From assembly GCA_964626665.1 (NCBI GenBank), contig CAZVGK010000011.1, positions 1-64,000 on the forward strand: a DNA stretch of 64,000 nucleotides, in the 5' to 3' direction. The position numbers were made by a program, and so were the translations under genes. Of this stretch, positions 1 to 10,483 are shown piece by piece. The notes beneath the pieces were generated by a model, which worked only from the letters and a program-made list of their open reading frames with translations, had not been told where the DNA came from and did no database searches. Source of the stretch: an uncultured Gemmatimonadota bacterium. GTDB taxonomy: Bacteria; SM23-81; DAOVCL01. The first letter of the stretch is position 1, and each line of letters opens with the position of its first letter.

Positions 1-750
1 AAGAACGATTTTTTCCAAAAAACGGCTTGACTCAACTTAGGAAATCTACAATGCAATGCCTTTAGGGCCTAAAGGCCCTGAACCCGCGCTAAAGTGCGGT
101 AGAAGCCTCTGGTGACTGGAGATTGCTTCGGCTAGCCACTTCGCTGCCGCTCAGGGCAAGCCTCGCAATGACAGGTAAAGGGTCCCGCCATTGCTCGCCC
201 TGTTAGATATCAATAACATCTTGGCAAGAGCCAAAAATTATGGGACTTATCTAACAGGGCGAGGAGCAAGGCGACGAAGCAATTTCGCTCTACCCTGCTT
301 GAGCCAAAGGGTTCCCCTCTGAGAGGGCAGAATCCCTGTTTTGCCCAAGTCAGATCAAGGGATCTGACCGCTCAACCATTGGTTCTTCGATACAACCTAC
401 GGCTCTTATGAACAATACGGGCTAGCGACCTTTGCTCCTTCTTTGGGTTCTTTGCGGGTATCGGTCGCTGCTTTGCTAGATTATGAAATCTGCGTCTATC
501 CGTGTCCAAACCTGCGTAGGAAATTTTAATCCTTCCCGGACATTTTAGAATCTTTTGGGAATTCCGAAATGTCAGCATACATTTATACACAATTTTTTCC
601 CCTCAGTCAACCCCAAAATATTTAGGCATTCCCCCTATCCATTTAAATCCACCCCGTCCCTCTAAGCGGGAAATGGGAAATCCTCCGCCTCCCGCAACAA
701 CAGCCAACATTCTCCTTGACAAATGGTGGTTTGCCCTTGATATTATCCCT

Positions 751-1602
751 ATGGAGAGGGAATATTCATTCCTCATCGAGGAAGCATTAAAGGAGGATAT
801 TGGTAGCGGGGATATCACCGCCGAGGCGATAATCCCGCCGGATCTTAAAGCCCAGGGGTTCCTAATCGCCAAGGAGGAGGGGATCATCTGTGGCCTCCCT
901 CTGGCGGAGGAGGCCTTCAAGAGGGTAAATAACAGCTTGAATTTTGGCCAATTGGTGAAGGAGGGGGGGAAAGTCCAAAAAGGCAAGGAGATAGCTTGGG
1001 TAAAAGGGCAGGCTCAGGCTATACTTAAAGGGGAGAGGGTGGCCCTCAATTTCCTGGGCAGGCTCTCCGGGGTAGCTACCCTGACGGCAAAATTCGTCGC
1101 GGCCATCGCCGGGACCAAGGCCAGGATCTTGGATACCAGAAAGACCACTCCTGGGTGGAGAAACTTAGAGAAATATGCCGTAAGAAAGGGTGGTGGGCTA
1201 AACCATAGGTTTGGTCTCTACGACATGGTCCTGATCAAGGACAATCACATAGACCTCTTAGGGGGAATCCCTCAGGCCATAGGAGCGGGTTTAAATAGCC
1301 CCCTCTGGTGGGGGAAGAGCGTAGAAGTAGAGGTGAGAAATATGGGGGAATTAAGGAAGGCTCTCTCCTTAGGGGTGCAGAGGGTAATGTTGGATAACTT
1401 CCCCCTGCTTCAGATAGAGGAGGCAATGAGGATCCTCCTAAAGCTCAAGGAGGGAGAGAGGCCGGAGGTGGAAGTCTCCGGCGGGGTTAACCTAAAAAAT
1501 GTGCGGGAGATCGCCCAGAAAGGGGTTGACTACATCTCGGTGGGGGGGTTAACCCATTCTGCGCGATCCCTGGATATAAGCTTGACCCTGAAGAGGGTTT
1601 AG
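751..1602 (+). CDS. nadC: Nicotinate-nucleotide diphosphorylase (quinolinate phosphoribosyltransferase)
   Basis: ALKEDIGSGDIT, ERVALNFL, DTRKTTPGWR, HRFGLYDMVLIKDNH and VMLDNF motifs; homology begins near the ATG at 751 rather than the ORF-track start at 673. Confidence 0.95.
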   Translation: MEREYSFLIEEALKEDIGSGDITAEAIIPPDLKAQGFLIAKEEGIICGLPLAEEAFKRVNNSLNFGQLVKEGGKVQKGKEIAWVKGQAQAILKGERVALNFLGRLSGVATLTAKFVAAIAGTKARILDTRKTTPGWRNLEKYAVRKGGGLNHRFGLYDMVLIKDNHIDLLGGIPQAIGAGLNSPLWWGKSVEVEVRNMGELRKALSLGVQRVMLDNFPLLQIEEAMRILLKLKEGERPEVEVSGGVNLKNVREIAQKGVDYISVGGLTHSARSLDISLTLKRV

Positions 1603-1901
1603 CAGAGCTTCGCCTTCCCGGGATGGGCAAACCGTCAAGGCGGGAAGCCTGTCCCGTGGGTAGTTTCACACCCTACGGGGCAAGTAAGGAAATCCTAAAT
1701 CCGAATGTCCAAATTCCAAATTATCTGAACTAAGAACAATTTGCCAAAGGCAAGTTTGCCTCAGGTCGTTTTGAACATTTGAATTCCGATATTGTTTCGG
1801 ATTTCGTATTTCGAGCTTCGATTTTAAAAGTTCCAGAGTTTGATTCCCACGCAAAAACTTGACACAAATTTTAAGAAGTTGCCTTATGAAGGAGGCTATT
1901 T

Positions 1902-2717
1902 GTGACTCTTTTAGCAATTGATATCGGGAACACGGCAACATCCTTGGGGCTCTACCGGAACCAGAGATGGGAAAGGGTCCTGCGGATAAGGACCATTCGG
2001 GCGGGAACTCCAGATGAAGTCTCTTGCCTGCTGAGCGATCTCTTCCCCTCCCTAAGAGGGGGAAAGAGCAATCTGAATGGCGCAATTGTCTCCTCTGTCG
2101 TCCCTCACCTGAACTGGGTATATGAAGGCGGCCTCAAGAATGCTTTTGACTTAAAACCCCTTTTAGTAAAGCCTACACTCGATTTCGGGCTCAGATGGGG
2201 GTCAGTGCTGATTGACCAGGTCGGAGTGGACAGGTTAGTGAACTCCGCCGCTGCCTTCCAGATCTATGGAGGACCGGTCATCGTGGTGGATCTGGGGACA
2301 GCAACCACCTTTGATCTTATCTCTCCGGAGGGAATCTATCTGGGTGGAGCCATTGCCCCCGGGGTTTTCACCTCAGCGGAGGCCCTCTTTGCGCGGGCTG
2401 CCCAGTTAGGGGAAGTGAGGATAGAGCCACCATCCAAGGTGATTGGGACCACCACCGGGGATTGTATCAGAGCAGGCCTATTTTATGGGAGCATTGGGGG
2501 AGTGGATGAGATCGTCAGGAGGATGGCCAAGGAGGCCAAAGTTCACCCTAAGGTGGTAGCCACTGGGGGAGCCTCCCGCTGGGTGGCGCAAGGGTCAACC
2601 ACCATCGAGGAGGTAGCCCCCCATTTAACCTTGGATGGGCTGAGGATAATCTATAACAGGGCAGAAAATAGCAAAAATCATCAAATATTTAAAAAAAAAG
2701 CTGATAACGGTAAGTAA
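1902..2717 (+). CDS. coaX: Type III pantothenate kinase
   Basis: LAIDIGNT, SSVVP, VGVDR, VVDLGTATTFD, GGAIAPG, VVATGG; GGAGG RBS before the GTG. Confidence 0.95.
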   Translation: MTLLAIDIGNTATSLGLYRNQRWERVLRIRTIRAGTPDEVSCLLSDLFPSLRGGKSNLNGAIVSSVVPHLNWVYEGGLKNAFDLKPLLVKPTLDFGLRWGSVLIDQVGVDRLVNSAAAFQIYGGPVIVVDLGTATTFDLISPEGIYLGGAIAPGVFTSAEALFARAAQLGEVRIEPPSKVIGTTTGDCIRAGLFYGSIGGVDEIVRRMAKEAKVHPKVVATGGASRWVAQGSTTIEEVAPHLTLDGLRIIYNRAENSKNHQIFKKKADNGK

Positions 2718-2799
2718 CTTGGGTTCTTTGCATTTATTAGCCAATTTTGCCATTTTTTGGCTATTGCATAGATCCCTTTATGTTTTATCTTAGATGCAC

Positions 2800-2826
2800 T
2801 TAGCACTCTTGGAGGAAGAGTGCCAA
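2800..2826 (+). promoter_or_regulatory. CIRCE element (HrcA operator)
   Basis: TTAGCACTC-N9-GAGTGCCAA, one mismatch to TTAGCACTC-N9-GAGTGCTAA, directly upstream of groES. Confidence 0.93.
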
Positions 2827-2849
2827 AAACTTAAAGAGGAGGGTGACTA

Positions 2850-3155
2850 ATGGTCAAAGTATCGCTGGAGAAGATAAAACCCTTGGCTGATCGGGTCTTA
2901 GTTAAACCATTAGAGGAAGAGGAGGTGAAGAGGGGGGGGATAATCATCCCTGATACGGCCAAGGAGAAACCACAACAGGGTGAGGTAATCGCCGTGGGCT
3001 CAGGGAAGAGCAATGATTCAGGGGAAAAGATGGAGATGGAGGTGAAGAAAGGGGATAAGATTCTCTATGGAAAATATTCAGGCACGGAGGTCACCATCGA
3101 TGGGAACGATTACCTCATTATGAGGGAGAGCGACATATTGGCGATAATCCCATAG
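2850..3155 (+). CDS. groES: Co-chaperonin GroES
   Basis: [41 protein letters not shown]. Confidence 0.98.
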   Translation: MVKVSLEKIKPLADRVLVKPLEEEEVKRGGIIIPDTAKEKPQQGEVIAVGSGKSNDSGEKMEMEVKKGDKILYGKYSGTEVTIDGNDYLIMRESDILAIIP

Positions 3156-3174
3156 GAAAGGATAGGTGAGAACA

Positions 3175-4797
3175 ATGGCTGCAAAATTGATTGAATTTGA
3201 TGTTTCCGCGCGGGATAAGTTGAAGAAGGGGATAGAAAAGCTTTCCGAGGCCGTCAAGGTGACTCTGGGACCCAAGGGGAGAAATGTCGCCTTGGACAAG
3301 AAGTTCGGCTCCCCCACGGTAACCAAAGATGGGGTCACCGTGGCCAAGGAGATCGAGCTGGAGGATCCCTTTGAGAATATGGGAGCCCAGATGGTCAGGG
3401 AAGTAGCCTCCAAGACCAGTGATGTGGCGGGGGATGGGACCACTACAGCGACCGTCCTCACTGAGGCCATCTTTAAGGAAGGCCTAAAAAATGTTACCGC
3501 CGGGGCCAACCCGATGTCGCTGAAGAAGGGGGTGGAGAAGTCAGTAAAGGTAGTAGTCGATGAGCTGAAGAAGATGAGCAAGGAGGTCACCGACAGGACT
3601 GAGATATCGCAAGTGGGGACTATCTCAGCCAATAACGACAAGGCCATTGGGGACCTAATTGCCGAGGCTATGGAGAAGGTGGGCAAGGATGGGGTCATCA
3701 CTGTGGAGGAGGCCAAGGGAACGGAGACCACCTTGGAGGTGGTGGAGGGGATGCAGTTCGATCGGGGCTATCTCTCCCCCTACTTTGTGACCAATGCTGA
3801 CGCCATGGAGGCTGTCTTGGAGGATCCACTTATCCTCATCTATGACAAGAAGATAAGCAGTATGAAGGACTTACTTCCAGTCTTAGAGAAGGTGGCCCAA
3901 ATGGGCAAGCCCCTCCTGGTGATCGCAGAGGATGTGGAGGGGGAGGCATTGGCTACTCTGGTAGTGAACAAGTTACGGGGCACCCTCAAGGCTGCCACCG
4001 TCAAGGCCCCTGGCTTCGGTGACCGGCGGAAGGCAATGCTGGAGGACATTGCCGTCCTCACCGGGGGTAGCGTCATCTCTGAGGAAAAGGGTTTCAAATT
4101 AGAGAACGCAAATGTCAACGATTTAGGGAAAGCCAAGAGGGTAACCATCGACAAGGATAACACCACTATAGTGGAGGGCGCTGGGGCCACCGAGAACATC
4201 AAGGCCAGGATAAACCAGATAAAGAATCAAATAGATGAATCAACCTCTGACTATGACAAGGAGAAACTCCAGGAGAGGTTGGCCAAGCTCTCCGGTGGAG
4301 TGGCGGTGATCAATGTGGGAGCATCCACCGAAACGGAGATGAAGGAGAGGAAGGCCAGGGTAGAAGATGCCCTCCATGCGACGCGGGCTGCGGTAGAGGA
4401 GGGGATCCTCCCGGGAGGTGGGGTGGCCTATCTGCGCACCCTCCCGGCTTTGGATAAGATAAAGGCCGAAGGTGACGAGAAAATAGGCGTGTCCATAATC
4501 AGGAAGGCTTTGGAGCAACCCATCAGACGGATTGCGGAGAACGCGGGGGTTGAAGGCTCCATCGTTCTCAACAAGGTAAAGGAGGGGATGGATGGATTCG
4601 GCTTCAACGCAGAGACGGAGAAGTATGAGGACCTGATGAGTGCTGGGGTCATTGATCCCACGAAGGTTGCGCGGGCGGCCTTAGAGAACGCCGCCAGCAT
4701 TGCCTCCCTGCTCATCACCACCGAGGCTCTGGTGACGGAGAAGCCAGAGGAGGAGAAAGCCCCACCAGCAATGCCTCCAGGTGGAGGAATGTATTAA
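3175..4797 (+). CDS. groEL: Chaperonin GroEL
   Basis: [32 protein letters not shown] tail; ATG at 3175 (MAAK). Confidence 0.99.
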   Translation: MAAKLIEFDVSARDKLKKGIEKLSEAVKVTLGPKGRNVALDKKFGSPTVTKDGVTVAKEIELEDPFENMGAQMVREVASKTSDVAGDGTTTATVLTEAIFKEGLKNVTAGANPMSLKKGVEKSVKVVVDELKKMSKEVTDRTEISQVGTISANNDKAIGDLIAEAMEKVGKDGVITVEEAKGTETTLEVVEGMQFDRGYLSPYFVTNADAMEAVLEDPLILIYDKKISSMKDLLPVLEKVAQMGKPLLVIAEDVEGEALATLVVNKLRGTLKAATVKAPGFGDRRKAMLEDIAVLTGGSVISEEKGFKLENANVNDLGKAKRVTIDKDNTTIVEGAGATENIKARINQIKNQIDESTSDYDKEKLQERLAKLSGGVAVINVGASTETEMKERKARVEDALHATRAAVEEGILPGGGVAYLRTLPALDKIKAEGDEKIGVSIIRKALEQPIRRIAENAGVEGSIVLNKVKEGMDGFGFNAETEKYEDLMSAGVIDPTKVARAALENAASIASLLITTEALVTEKPEEEKAPPAMPPGGGMY

Positions 4798-4800
4798 AAC

Positions 4801-4838
4801 AAAAAAAGGCCCTCTCCATTGCGGAGGGGGCCTTTTTT
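4801..4838. terminator. Bidirectional intrinsic terminator
   Basis: A7-GGCCCTCTCC-loop-GGAGGGGGCC-T6 between convergent groEL and the flagellar operon. Confidence 0.85.
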
Positions 4839-4854
4839 GTTTCTGTGAGCACAC

Positions 4855-4895
4855 CTTGAACCTCCCGCAGGTTTGAAACCTGCGGGAGGTTCAAG
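4855..4895. repeat. REP-like palindrome AACCTCCCGCAGGTT-N-AACCTGCGGGAGGTT; second copy at about 11898-11930
   Basis: Perfect hairpin present twice in intergenic DNA. Confidence 0.75.
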
Positions 4896-4938
4896 CATAT
4901 ATGGAGAATTTAGAATTTGGCTATTGGGAAGTCACCAT

Positions 4939-5166
4939 CTACCCCGCAGGGGGCGAGGGCTCATATTCAAAGTCGATCTTAATCCGCTCTCCGCAGGAGC
5001 AGAATATCTCCAGGCCCTGCACCACCCCATCCCGCCGCCTCACCTTAACTGTAGGCTCTTCCCCTCGTTCCACCCTGATCACCTTCTTTTGGGGGTGGAA
5101 TTTGATCTGTGATCCCTTTATTACCGAGGTTTGACCATTCAGATAACCGCCACTTTTCCCTTCCAT
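4939..5166 (-). CDS. Small hypothetical protein with CxC motif, last gene of the flgM operon
   Basis: 75-aa ORF 11 nt downstream of flgM, ending before the terminator; LEIFCSCGERI; start uncertain. Confidence 0.6.
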   Translation of the reverse strand: MEGKSGGYLNGQTSVIKGSQIKFHPQKKVIRVERGEEPTVKVRRRDGVVQGLEIFCSCGERIKIDFEYEPSPPAG

Positions 5167-5177
5167 CGGCTGGTCTC

Positions 5178-5483
5178 TTACCTCAAACCATAGGTCTCCA
5201 GGATCCCCTCCACGGTGGCCTTCCGCACGTCATCCCGGTTGTAGTATCCCTCCCTGATCCGCTCATTCACCTGTTTGATCCTCTCCTGGCGCACATCCGG
5301 CAGCTCCCGAAGACGGGCCTTAACCAGCTCAACCGTGTGCTGGGTTCTTAAGAGGGCTCTTCCCTCGGCGGAGATCTCTACCCGGTCCTGGGTTACCTCC
5401 CCTTTCTTTGCTCCCCTCTGGTTGCTTTTCTTATCCACCCGATGGAAATGAGAGGCCCCTTCCACCTTGTTTAGGTTCACCAT
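5178..5483 (-). CDS. flgM: Anti-sigma28 factor FlgM
   Basis: DRVEISAEGR and LPDVRQERIKQVNERIREGYY; GGAGGT RBS 7 nt before the ATG at 5483. Confidence 0.88.
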   Translation of the reverse strand: MVNLNKVEGASHFHRVDKKSNQRGAKKGEVTQDRVEISAEGRALLRTQHTVELVKARLRELPDVRQERIKQVNERIREGYYNRDDVRKATVEGILETYGLR

Positions 5484-5541
5484 CTTGTAAACCTCCATCT
5501 GCGGACTACCCCCTTGATATGCAACAATGTTTCTATTCATA

Positions 5542-5568
5542 TTATCGGCAAATTTTGAAAAAACTTTA
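5542..5568 (-). promoter_or_regulatory. Sigma28 (FliA) promoter of flgM
   Basis: Minus strand TAAA-N15-GCCGATAA, a perfect consensus match. Confidence 0.9.
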
Positions 5569-5575
5569 GCGATTT

Positions 5576-5971
5576 TTACAGATATCGGAAAATTTCTTCC
5601 CTTGCTGGTCGATAGGCACGAATGAGCTTCTGGCCAGCCTTTACCTTTTCAATCTCCTTCCCCACTTTCCTCCACCTCTCCCCCATTAGCTCCTTATTTT
5701 GGCGGGAGAGGCTGAGCAGCCCTTTCAACACCTGGCCAATCTCTTCCCTTGCCCCTTCCGGTTCAGGGGACGACTGAGCGGCCCCCTCCCCGGTTAAAAA
5801 ATCCTTTGTCTTCTCCTCAATGGCCGTGATCCTCTTAAGGCCAGCGGCAAGAAGAGGTCCCAGCTCCTTCATTTTCCCCTCTACTATCGCCCCCCGCTCC
5901 TCACGGAGAAGCTCCTCAAGTGCTCTGTATGAGGTTAATATCTCCCTTAAAGGGTCCCCTTCAGTGGCCAT
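5576..5971 (-). CDS. flgN: FlgN-like flagellar export chaperone
   Basis: 131-aa helical protein, LLREERGAI...QNKELM, adjacent to flgM; could instead be FliT-like. Confidence 0.6.
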   Translation of the reverse strand: MATEGDPLREILTSYRALEELLREERGAIVEGKMKELGPLLAAGLKRITAIEEKTKDFLTGEGAAQSSPEPEGAREEIGQVLKGLLSLSRQNKELMGERWRKVGKEIEKVKAGQKLIRAYRPAREEIFRYL

Positions 5972-6329
5972 GGGAGAATGTCCCTTCCTCCCTTTGCACC
6001 GCCCCGTTCCAACCCTCTTTGAGTTCTGAGAGGATGGAGAGAACCTCTTTTATCGGCTCCCCTTGATCCTGGGTGTTTGCTTGAGCCAACCTGCGGTTCG
6101 AATAGTCATAGAGCCTATATAAAGAGTTGGCCACCTCCCCTGCCTCCATATTAAGGCTACACATAAGCTCGGTGATACAGTCCTGTGCCCGGAAAAGCAT
6201 CTTCTGTTGGCCTTTTTTATCTCCTTCGTTGAGCAACTCCTCGGACTTTTTTAGGTATCCAATGGCGCCATCATAGACCATTAGAATCAACTCTCCAGGG
6301 GTAAAGACCTTTTCACTCGGTGTAGGCAT
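5961..6329 (-). CDS. fliS: Flagellin chaperone FliS (copy 2)
   Basis: TPGELILMVYDGAI, AQDCITELMCSLN, LYRLYDY, LKEGW. Confidence 0.92.
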   Translation of the reverse strand: MPTPSEKVFTPGELILMVYDGAIGYLKKSEELLNEGDKKGQQKMLFRAQDCITELMCSLNMEAGEVANSLYRLYDYSNRRLAQANTQDQGEPIKEVLSILSELKEGWNGAVQREEGTFSHGH

Positions 6330-6342
6330 CCTTCCTCCAAGG

Positions 6343-6726
6343 TTACTTAATCATCTCCACCTTCCGCACCGCCCCTTCCCAACCCTCCCGCAAAGTGGCC
6401 ATCAGGTTAATGACCTCAGTTACCCCATTGAGGTTTTTTTGTGCATTGGCCTGGCCCAACCTCCAGTTAAGATAATCGTAAAGTTTATAGAAGAGTTGAG
6501 CGATCTCTCCCGCTTCCATATTAAGGCAACACATCAGCTCGGTGATGCAGTCCTGTGCTCGGAAGATCATCTCCCCCTTTCCCTCCCAATCCCCTCTCCG
6601 CAGCCTCTCGGCGGCTTCCTCCAGGAAAGTAAGCGTTCCATCATAGACCATCAGAATTAGCTTTCCGGGGCTAACCGTTTCAAGCTGGGTCTGCAGATAC
6701 TCTTGTGATGGGTCCCGTAGGTTCAT
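6343..6726 (-). CDS. fliS: Flagellin chaperone FliS (copy 1)
   Basis: YLQTQLETVSPGKLILMVYDG, LYDYLNWRL, LREGW. Confidence 0.93.
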   Translation of the reverse strand: MNLRDPSQEYLQTQLETVSPGKLILMVYDGTLTFLEEAAERLRRGDWEGKGEMIFRAQDCITELMCCLNMEAGEIAQLFYKLYDYLNWRLGQANAQKNLNGVTEVINLMATLREGWEGAVRKVEMIK

Positions 6727-6949
6727 CTCCCTCCTTTTTGTTTAATTGTTCACCACTGATAACCACGGACTAGCCAAGCGCGGCAAAGCCGCAATAAAAT
6801 AATTCACCGCAAAGTCGCAATTATTAACTAATCATTTTATTTCATCTCTCTTTTGCTTTTTATTTCCTCTGCGATCTTAGTGGCTTTGCGGTTGTTTTAG
6901 CTGAGGGTCTATTAGACCACCCTTTGTGGGAGAGGTCTCCTGACCTCGA

Positions 6950-7270
6950 TTATCGGCATCAGGAGATGCCTCCCACAACTCCTTGAAGAGGGAACCCAAA
7001 TGACACGAATAAACGAATCTACTCGAATGGGAGACTCTTATTTCGTAGATTGTTGCTCGTAGATCGGGTAATGGGGTGGAGGAAAACTGAGTGCTGACTG
7101 CTGAACGCTGATAACCGAGTCAATCAGGATTTGTGCTATTCGTCCATTCGTGGAATTCGTGTTCAAGGCCTTATCAAATTGAGGTGGTAGAACCCCGATT
7201 CTGCCATAATCAGATCAGGGGATCTGACCGCTCAGGCTAAATTTCCATTTTCTAATTTCTATTTTCCATC
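6950..7270. repeat. Composite REP mosaic, inverted partner of 11530-11790
   Basis: Same ordered sub-repeats appear in reverse complement at 11530-11790. Confidence 0.8.
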
Positions 7271-7304
7271 CCCCAGGGGCAGAACCCTACCGGCATAGCA
7301 TTCT

Positions 7305-9524
7305 CTAACTGTACCACGAGGCTACCTGCTGGGCAAACCAGTCGCTGGTGGATTTCAGTTGATTTAAGAGTATCTCCATATTGGTGAACTGTGCCTCCAG
7401 TTGTTGCCTTTTCATCTCCAACCGTGTCTCCATATCAGAAATGCGATCGTCTAAGTCGTCTATAGTATCCTGGAGACCATCCTGGCGGGTGTTGATCAGT
7501 CCATCTGTAGATGATGTCCAGGAGTCAAGTCTTCTCTCCAATTGTTCAGCTATGCCAAAGGCCAGGGCTATCTCTCCCTTATCCCCCGTAGTATCCGAGC
7601 TAATCTTCACCATCAGCCCCTTGGTCGCTCCTTCCGATCCGGTGAGATGGAGGCCGGAGCCAGTAGCGGTGTAGGTATCTGTTCCTTGGGTGAAGTATCC
7701 TGCCACATCTTGGCCGGTGTCGCTTTTGGCGGTTGTGCCGATCCCTGCGCTTGTAGAGGAGCTGGCCTGATCGGAAACAACCTCTACGGAATGGTCTGAG
7801 CCGTAGTAATTATGGTTTATCTTTAGCTTGCCTCCGTCGTTGGAGGCGCTAACCTCCACCCCCTGGTTATCCATCTCCGAGTTAATTTTATTCACGATGT
7901 CAGCGATCTTGTCCCCCGCGGTGAGGTTGACCACCACCTCGGTGGAGCCATCTATGGTAAAGGTGAGGGTCTCATCCTGGGAGATGCCTCCGGAATCGAT
8001 GACATAATCTCCTTCCACCCAGGCTTTCTCCGCCACCTGGGTGATGGTTATCCCGTAGGTTCCCATAACTGTGTTAGCGGAATGGGTCATATAGGTAACA
8101 TCTGGGTCGGTGGTAATAGCCGAGGCAGTAAAGAGGTCAATTATATCCTGAGGGTTACTGGCCAGATAGGCATCCAGGGTGGAATCGTCGATCTCTAACT
8201 CCCCTGTAGTGTAGTTAGTGGTGATCCCAATCCTGGAAAGGGCGTTTAAGAAGGAGGAGAGGCCGGAAACCTGGGAGATGATTGTATTTCGGATTGTATC
8301 CTCTATATATCTCAGGGTGGAATCCCCCATTAGGGGTCGGGCCTCGCTGTCGGTATCTGGATCGTAGCTGAACTGCTCACGGATATAGCCCATCAGATCG
8401 TTATAAGATTCGACAAAGTCCTCAATAGCCCCTTTTCTGGTGTCCGTATCCTGGGTGATGGTCAAGGTCACCGCATCGGCCGAGGTATCCTTAAGGTTTA
8501 TTGTCACCCCTTCGATGAGATCGGTAATGGTGTTGGTGGATCTGGTAATCGATATTCCATCTACGGTGAGGGAGGCATCCTGGGAAGCCTCCAACTGATT
8601 CTTTACCCCGGGCTTAACAAATCCCAGCACCTCCAGGGTGTGGGCGGAATCGGTGTAACTAGTTATGCCGCCGGTAATGTCGATCCGATAGGTGGTGTTC
8701 CCACTATTATCTGTATCGCTCTCTATGGTAGCATTTATCCCGGCAGCCACCAGTTTGTCCTTTATATCCTGGAGGGAGTCCTGGGAGAGGTCAATGCTCA
8801 CATTGGTGCCGTTGATGGTCACCGTCTGCGAGGAAAAGGATGCTGATGAGCCAATCAGGCTTTTGATGGTCGAGGTGGTGTCGGCAAACCAGAGGGAGCT
8901 ATCCTGGCCGGAATCAGAGGTATCCGCCAAGCCCAGATCTTCTAAGATCGTCCCTCCGTTCACATCGGCAAGGGCGATCTCGGTGGAACCGGTCTCTTCC
9001 CTGGTGAGGATGAGTCTGTAACTTTCATCTGAAACCTTCAGAATTGTAGCCGTTACCCCAGCATCGGCGTTGTTGATCTTGCCCTTGATATCGCTTAAGG
9101 TGTCCGTTGACTCCAACTCTATTGCCTTCCCGTTGATCGAGAGTTCGCCGGAGTATCCTAAGGCGGTAGAGGTGGAGGAGATCTCACCCGAGGCTATCTT
9201 ATGGGCCTGGGCCAAGCCCGATACAACTATGGAATAGCGGCCTATGCTGGCCGATGAGGTAGCTGTAGCGGTGAGGATATCCTCATCATTGGAGCTGGCA
9301 CTCATCGCCCCCATCGTGGAGAGATTGTTGAGGGTTTGCACATCGGAGAGAAGGGTAGAAAGCTTGCTGCTCACCGTCCCCCAGGTGGAGAACTTGGTCT
9401 GGTAGTCACTCTTCTTATTCTCTAAGATATCTACCCGACGGTGTTCTATATTCATCAACTGGTCGATAACATCATACCAGTTTAGCCCTGATATTAAACC
9501 ACCAACGGCAAATGTTCCCGCCAT
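7305..9524 (-). CDS. fliD: Flagellar filament cap FliD with expanded internal domains
   Basis: GGLISGL, LAQAHKIAS, QDASLTVDGISITRSTNTITDLIEGVTINL, FVESYN, QFTNME. Confidence 0.95.
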   Translation of the reverse strand: MAGTFAVGGLISGLNWYDVIDQLMNIEHRRVDILENKKSDYQTKFSTWGTVSSKLSTLLSDVQTLNNLSTMGAMSASSNDEDILTATATSSASIGRYSIVVSGLAQAHKIASGEISSTSTALGYSGELSINGKAIELESTDTLSDIKGKINNADAGVTATILKVSDESYRLILTREETGSTEIALADVNGGTILEDLGLADTSDSGQDSSLWFADTTSTIKSLIGSSASFSSQTVTINGTNVSIDLSQDSLQDIKDKLVAAGINATIESDTDNSGNTTYRIDITGGITSYTDSAHTLEVLGFVKPGVKNQLEASQDASLTVDGISITRSTNTITDLIEGVTINLKDTSADAVTLTITQDTDTRKGAIEDFVESYNDLMGYIREQFSYDPDTDSEARPLMGDSTLRYIEDTIRNTIISQVSGLSSFLNALSRIGITTNYTTGELEIDDSTLDAYLASNPQDIIDLFTASAITTDPDVTYMTHSANTVMGTYGITITQVAEKAWVEGDYVIDSGGISQDETLTFTIDGSTEVVVNLTAGDKIADIVNKINSEMDNQGVEVSASNDGGKLKINHNYYGSDHSVEVVSDQASSSTSAGIGTTAKSDTGQDVAGYFTQGTDTYTATGSGLHLTGSEGATKGLMVKISSDTTGDKGEIALAFGIAEQLERRLDSWTSSTDGLINTRQDGLQDTIDDLDDRISDMETRLEMKRQQLEAQFTNMEILLNQLKSTSDWFAQQVASWYS

Positions 9525-9700
9525 CTTTTCTCTCCTCTATGGAAAATTCTGTAGGGACAGACTTTTAGGTCTGTCCGATCTCCCTCACGCTCTTTGTGGA
9601 TGTTATCATCCACAAAGAGATAGGAACCCTATCCGTACATCAATAGGAATAGTCCGTCCGATCTCCTCCGATAAATCGAGATCCATACAGGCCATAGGAT

Positions 9701-9750
9701 TGAGCGGTCAGATCCCCTGATCTGACTGTGGCAGAACAGGGGTTCTGCTA
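9701..9750. repeat. REP family GAGCGGTCAGATCCCCTGATCTGAC-N-GGCAGAA-N-TTCTGC; other copies at about 325-374, 7186-7234, 11561-11620 and 60469-60520
   Basis: Five intergenic double-hairpin copies in both orientations. Confidence 0.8.
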
Positions 9751-9822
9751 GCTCAGTTTTATAACCGATTCACATCGATATAATTCAACCGGTCGGTTAT
9801 CTGATAATGAACTTCAACTCCG

Positions 9823-10131
9823 CTACTTTTCTCGACCTCTGTTACCTGACTTCTGTGAACTGTTACGGTATCTCCTTGCCACCTCCTTGAGGGCGATGGA
9901 GAGGTTGAGCATCTTCTCATCGGGGATCTGCACCGTCACCCCGTTCTTTATTGTGACCACCACCCGATTTGCCTCTCGATTAAATGAGAAGATGAGGTTT
10001 TTACGGTGGGTTTTTATGAACCTCTCCCCTTGCTGCGGGGAGATAGATTTTTCCACAGGCTGAGGACGGTCGGCTTTCCGCACTTTGCTGGCCCCATTAT
10101 CCACTTTGACTGGCAAGCCATCTATCCTCAT
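9823..10131 (-). CDS. flaG: FlaG family flagellar protein
   Basis: LIFSFNREANRVVVTIK...QIPDEKMLNL, between fliC and fliD. Confidence 0.75.
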   Translation of the reverse strand: MRIDGLPVKVDNGASKVRKADRPQPVEKSISPQQGERFIKTHRKNLIFSFNREANRVVVTIKNGVTVQIPDEKMLNLSIALKEVARRYRNSSQKSGNRGREK

Positions 10132-10433
10132 TTTCTATTTCTCCTTCTTAGGTAGTTCACCACGGATAACCACGGACTATGCACAGAAAAACAGGAATCA
10201 GCATGAACTTCATTCTCAATTCTCAATTCTTAATTCTTAATTGCCTTCCCCCGTGTGATTCCGTGAATTTCCGTGGTAAGCTTTGTAGTTTCGTGGTAAA
10301 TCTATCTACTTGTGTAGATTTGTTTATTTGGGTCATTCGTGTTCCAGAGATTTAGTGAAATCAGTGTAATCCGTGGCTGTTGTTTGGTTGCGGCTCTGCT
10401 GAGCTAACTTCATCCAAGGCTAAAATAGGGGGG

Positions 10434-10466
10434 GAGTCAGGGGAGGGTCTAAGCCTCCCCTGACTC
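10434..10466 (-). terminator. Stem-loop downstream of the flagellin gene
   Basis: 13-bp stem GAGTCAGGGGAGG/CCTCCCCTGACTC about 20 nt after the fliC stop, with a weak U tract. Confidence 0.55.
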
Positions 10467-10483
10467 ATCCAGTGCTTCCCCTC

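Noticed and set aside
372-590. 72-aa ORF, and similar ORFs at 1666-2085, 11691-11948, 14750-14977 and 62916-63248
   Set aside because: They are read from repeat DNA or overlap real genes, and show no protein motifs.
3078-3731. Long antisense ORFs over groEL, and similar ones over fliD, hsdR and the GT genes
   Set aside because: They are shadow frames of well-supported genes on the opposite strand.
6760-7270. Repeat clusters as a CRISPR array or integron attC sites
   Set aside because: There is no regular repeat-spacer period, and no cas or integron integrase gene.
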